Of a DNA stretch of 64,000 bases, positions 62,761 to 64,000 are shown in pieces (the stretch's first letter is position 1; every line of letters starts with the position of its first letter). Made by a program: the position numbers and the translations under genes. The stretch lies in contig JBBQNP010000002.1 of NCBI GenBank assembly GCA_038330085.1, positions 20,537 through 84,536 of the forward strand, read 5' to 3'. The DNA comes from Planctomycetota bacterium (lineage in GTDB: Bacteria; Planctomycetota; UBA1135; GCA-002686595). The notes beneath the pieces are model-generated. The model was given only the letters and a program-made list of their open reading frames with translations, was not told the DNA's origin and searched no databases.

Positions 62761-62961
62761 TCAGCGTCTCGCCTGCCAGTGGGCGTAGGCCTCGATCCAC
62801 TCCGCACCCGTAGGTCGCGGCGCTGGCAGTGGCAACTCGAGTAGGAGCAACGGCTGCCGTCGGCCGTTGCGAACGCAGATGGCCAGGATCTGACCGGTGG
62901 AATCGACGTCGATGCGCTTCACGCTTTTCGCGTTGCGCCGCGATCGTCTTGCGCTCGCCAT
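62761..62961 (-). CDS. Small hypothetical ORF (66 aa)
   Basis: ORF 62761..62961(-). It lies between the HIRAN gene and the degenerate small gene, with its stop 1 codon before ATG 62757 in the same frame. The composition is only moderately protein-like. Confidence 0.25.
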   Translation of the reverse strand: MASARRSRRNAKSVKRIDVDSTGQILAICVRNGRRQPLLLLELPLPAPRPTGAEWIEAYAHWQARR

Positions 62962-63071
62962 TCAGGGTTCAGGTGGGAGGAGGCATGGCGGCGCGAAGTG
63001 GTTGCGTACCGCGCGCATCATGGAGGCGGTCGGCGGGCTCATCATATGCGCTGCGCCCATCGCCGGCCTCG

Positions 63072-63863
63072 TCACCCCGCGAGCCGGCGTACGTTCCACT
63101 CGAGCTTCGTCGCATCCGGCGAGATCGGTTGGTAGTCGTCCGTCGAGAACGGCGTGAAGCCCTCGACCGCTTCGACTTCCCATCGGCAGAACATGCGGAG
63201 TTGCGCAGGGAACGGCGCAGGGTTGACCCGCATGACGCTGATGTGCATGCCCGCTCCGAGAGCAAGGAGTTGCGAAACTTCCTCGCTCAAGTAGCGCGGA
63301 ACATGACCGACCAGAGTGTGGTCGTCCGTGCGCAACGCGACCGCATGCGGATCGCGCGGGTTCTGGATGTCGGACATGCAGAAGAGCTGTTCACCGGGTT
63401 GAAGTTCGACGATGCGTGCTTCCGCGTGCCGCATGGTGAGGATGCCGCGAACTGGGAAGATGTAGTTCCACCTGCCGTTCACGGAATCGAACGCAGGCGG
63501 TGAGAAGAGCTCCATGCGATCGGTCGCGCTCTTGCCCGCGCCGCGTCCCAGGATTTCGATCGGGCGCGCCATGCCGACGTCGAGCCCGATCCCACGGACA
63601 TACTCCTGAAAGTCCGGTCGTGACTTGGGCATGAGACGGTTCTGGAAGACCGGGTGGAGCTCGTCGCTGCGGTAGACGCGTTGTGGCTCGAGCGGACCTA
63701 AGAGCCGCGCGAAGCCGTGGGTTCGCGCTTCGATGGCCCCGCGGAGATGGGCGAGTTCGTACTTCGGCGAGTCGGGAAGCTCGACCAGGCGAGCGACGGG
63801 GAAGTACATGCCGGCGTCTCGAGGTTGCCAGGCCATGAAGAGAACGTTGTTGGTGACGAGCAT
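63072..63863 (-). CDS. HIRAN-domain protein with an uncharacterised N-terminal domain
   Basis: ORF 63072..63863(-). The C-terminal half (aa ~135-232) matches the HIRAN pattern (LQPGEQLFCMSDIQNPRDPHAVALRTDDHTLVGHVPRYLSEEVSQLLALGAGMHISVMRVNP). The N-terminal half (YFPVARLVEL...YRSDELHPVFQNRLMPKSRPDFQEYVRGIGL) is not assigned. Confidence 0.6.
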   Translation of the reverse strand: MLVTNNVLFMAWQPRDAGMYFPVARLVELPDSPKYELAHLRGAIEARTHGFARLLGPLEPQRVYRSDELHPVFQNRLMPKSRPDFQEYVRGIGLDVGMARPIEILGRGAGKSATDRMELFSPPAFDSVNGRWNYIFPVRGILTMRHAEARIVELQPGEQLFCMSDIQNPRDPHAVALRTDDHTLVGHVPRYLSEEVSQLLALGAGMHISVMRVNPAPFPAQLRMFCRWEVEAVEGFTPFSTDDYQPISPDATKLEWNVRRLAG

Positions 63864-63931
63864 GTTTCAGCGGCGGAGGTTCAGCAGCCCTTGACGTTGC
63901 ACCCTATGGGATTCGTTCACGATCGCTGGTG

Positions 63932-63945
63932 CGCAATGTATTGCG
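63932..63945. promoter_or_regulatory. Palindrome CGCAAT-gt-ATTGCG upstream of the HIRAN gene
   Basis: It has 6-bp perfect arms and lies 69-82 nt upstream of ATG 63863. Confidence 0.3.
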
Positions 63946-64000
63946 ATGGGTCGTCAGGTCGACGCCTCGATCGAAGTGGCGGCGGAACGCTGAAAGGTGG

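Noticed and set aside
1-64000. CRISPR arrays, rRNA/tRNA genes and IS elements
   Set aside because: I saw no regularly spaced direct repeats of CRISPR size, no tRNA-like cloverleaf candidates in the intergenic regions examined, and no transposase- or integrase-like ORFs. The tandem repeats found are only 12-30 nt units with 2-5 copies.

Overview
This is 64 kb of high-GC chromosomal DNA (about two-thirds G+C by eye) from a Gram-negative bacterium. The gene content (RND/OMF efflux, fasciclin lipoprotein, BON-MscS, many PAS/ECF/TetR regulators) suggests a myxobacterium-like lineage, but that is inference only. I call about 53 protein-coding genes or gene remnants. I recognise no rRNA, tRNA, CRISPR array, transposase or integrase. 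The many long Arg/Asp/His-rich ORFs in the track lie opposite real genes and are antisense shadows.

Layout:
- 1-10.3 kb: PAS/GAF sensor (open at the left edge), MetE-like protein, pirin, amidohydrolase, GNAT-nitrilase fusion, MscS channel, secreted protein.
- 10.9-17.8 kb: TetR regulator, RND adaptor, and an RND permease that runs in frame into an OMF lipoprotein module.
- 18-20 kb: aldo/keto reductase and an ArsR-SRPBCC operon.
- 20.4-32.4 kb: a SigK/RskA-type ECF regulon island. It holds SDR-DUF2867, SRPBCC, a fasciclin lipoprotein, sigma/anti-sigma, and a DUF1295 / CFA-methyltransferase / FAD-oxidase / DUF1365 / CFA-synthase / DUF2878 operon. An orphan CarH-like B12-binding protein is inserted in it.
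- 32.4-37.1 kb: hemerythrin-like protein, c-type cytochromes, and a PNPOx / PNPOx-GAF-wHTH pair.
- 37-41.5 kb: DUF1206, CPA antiporter-EIIA fusion, BON-MscS.
- 41.9-56.8 kb: two paralogous Fic genes bracketing a GHKL-ATPase operon with two apparent coding lesions, a second RND pump pair, a cupin, a diiron oxygenase, a TetR regulator and malic enzyme.
- 57-64 kb: accessory-looking stretch with a 763-aa unknown protein, AbiEi/AbiEii, duplicated small-gene modules and a HIRAN-domain protein.

Most interesting observations:
1. A bipartite motif GCATCC-N16-CGAA(C/T) sits in front of five transcription units of the ECF island.
2. The orphan B12 module carries both Wx9EH and DxHxxG signatures.
3. The RND-OMF reading frame has no stop between the two modules.
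4. The GHKL-ATPase operon and the HIRAN/AbiE islet are candidate uncharacterised (possibly defence) modules.
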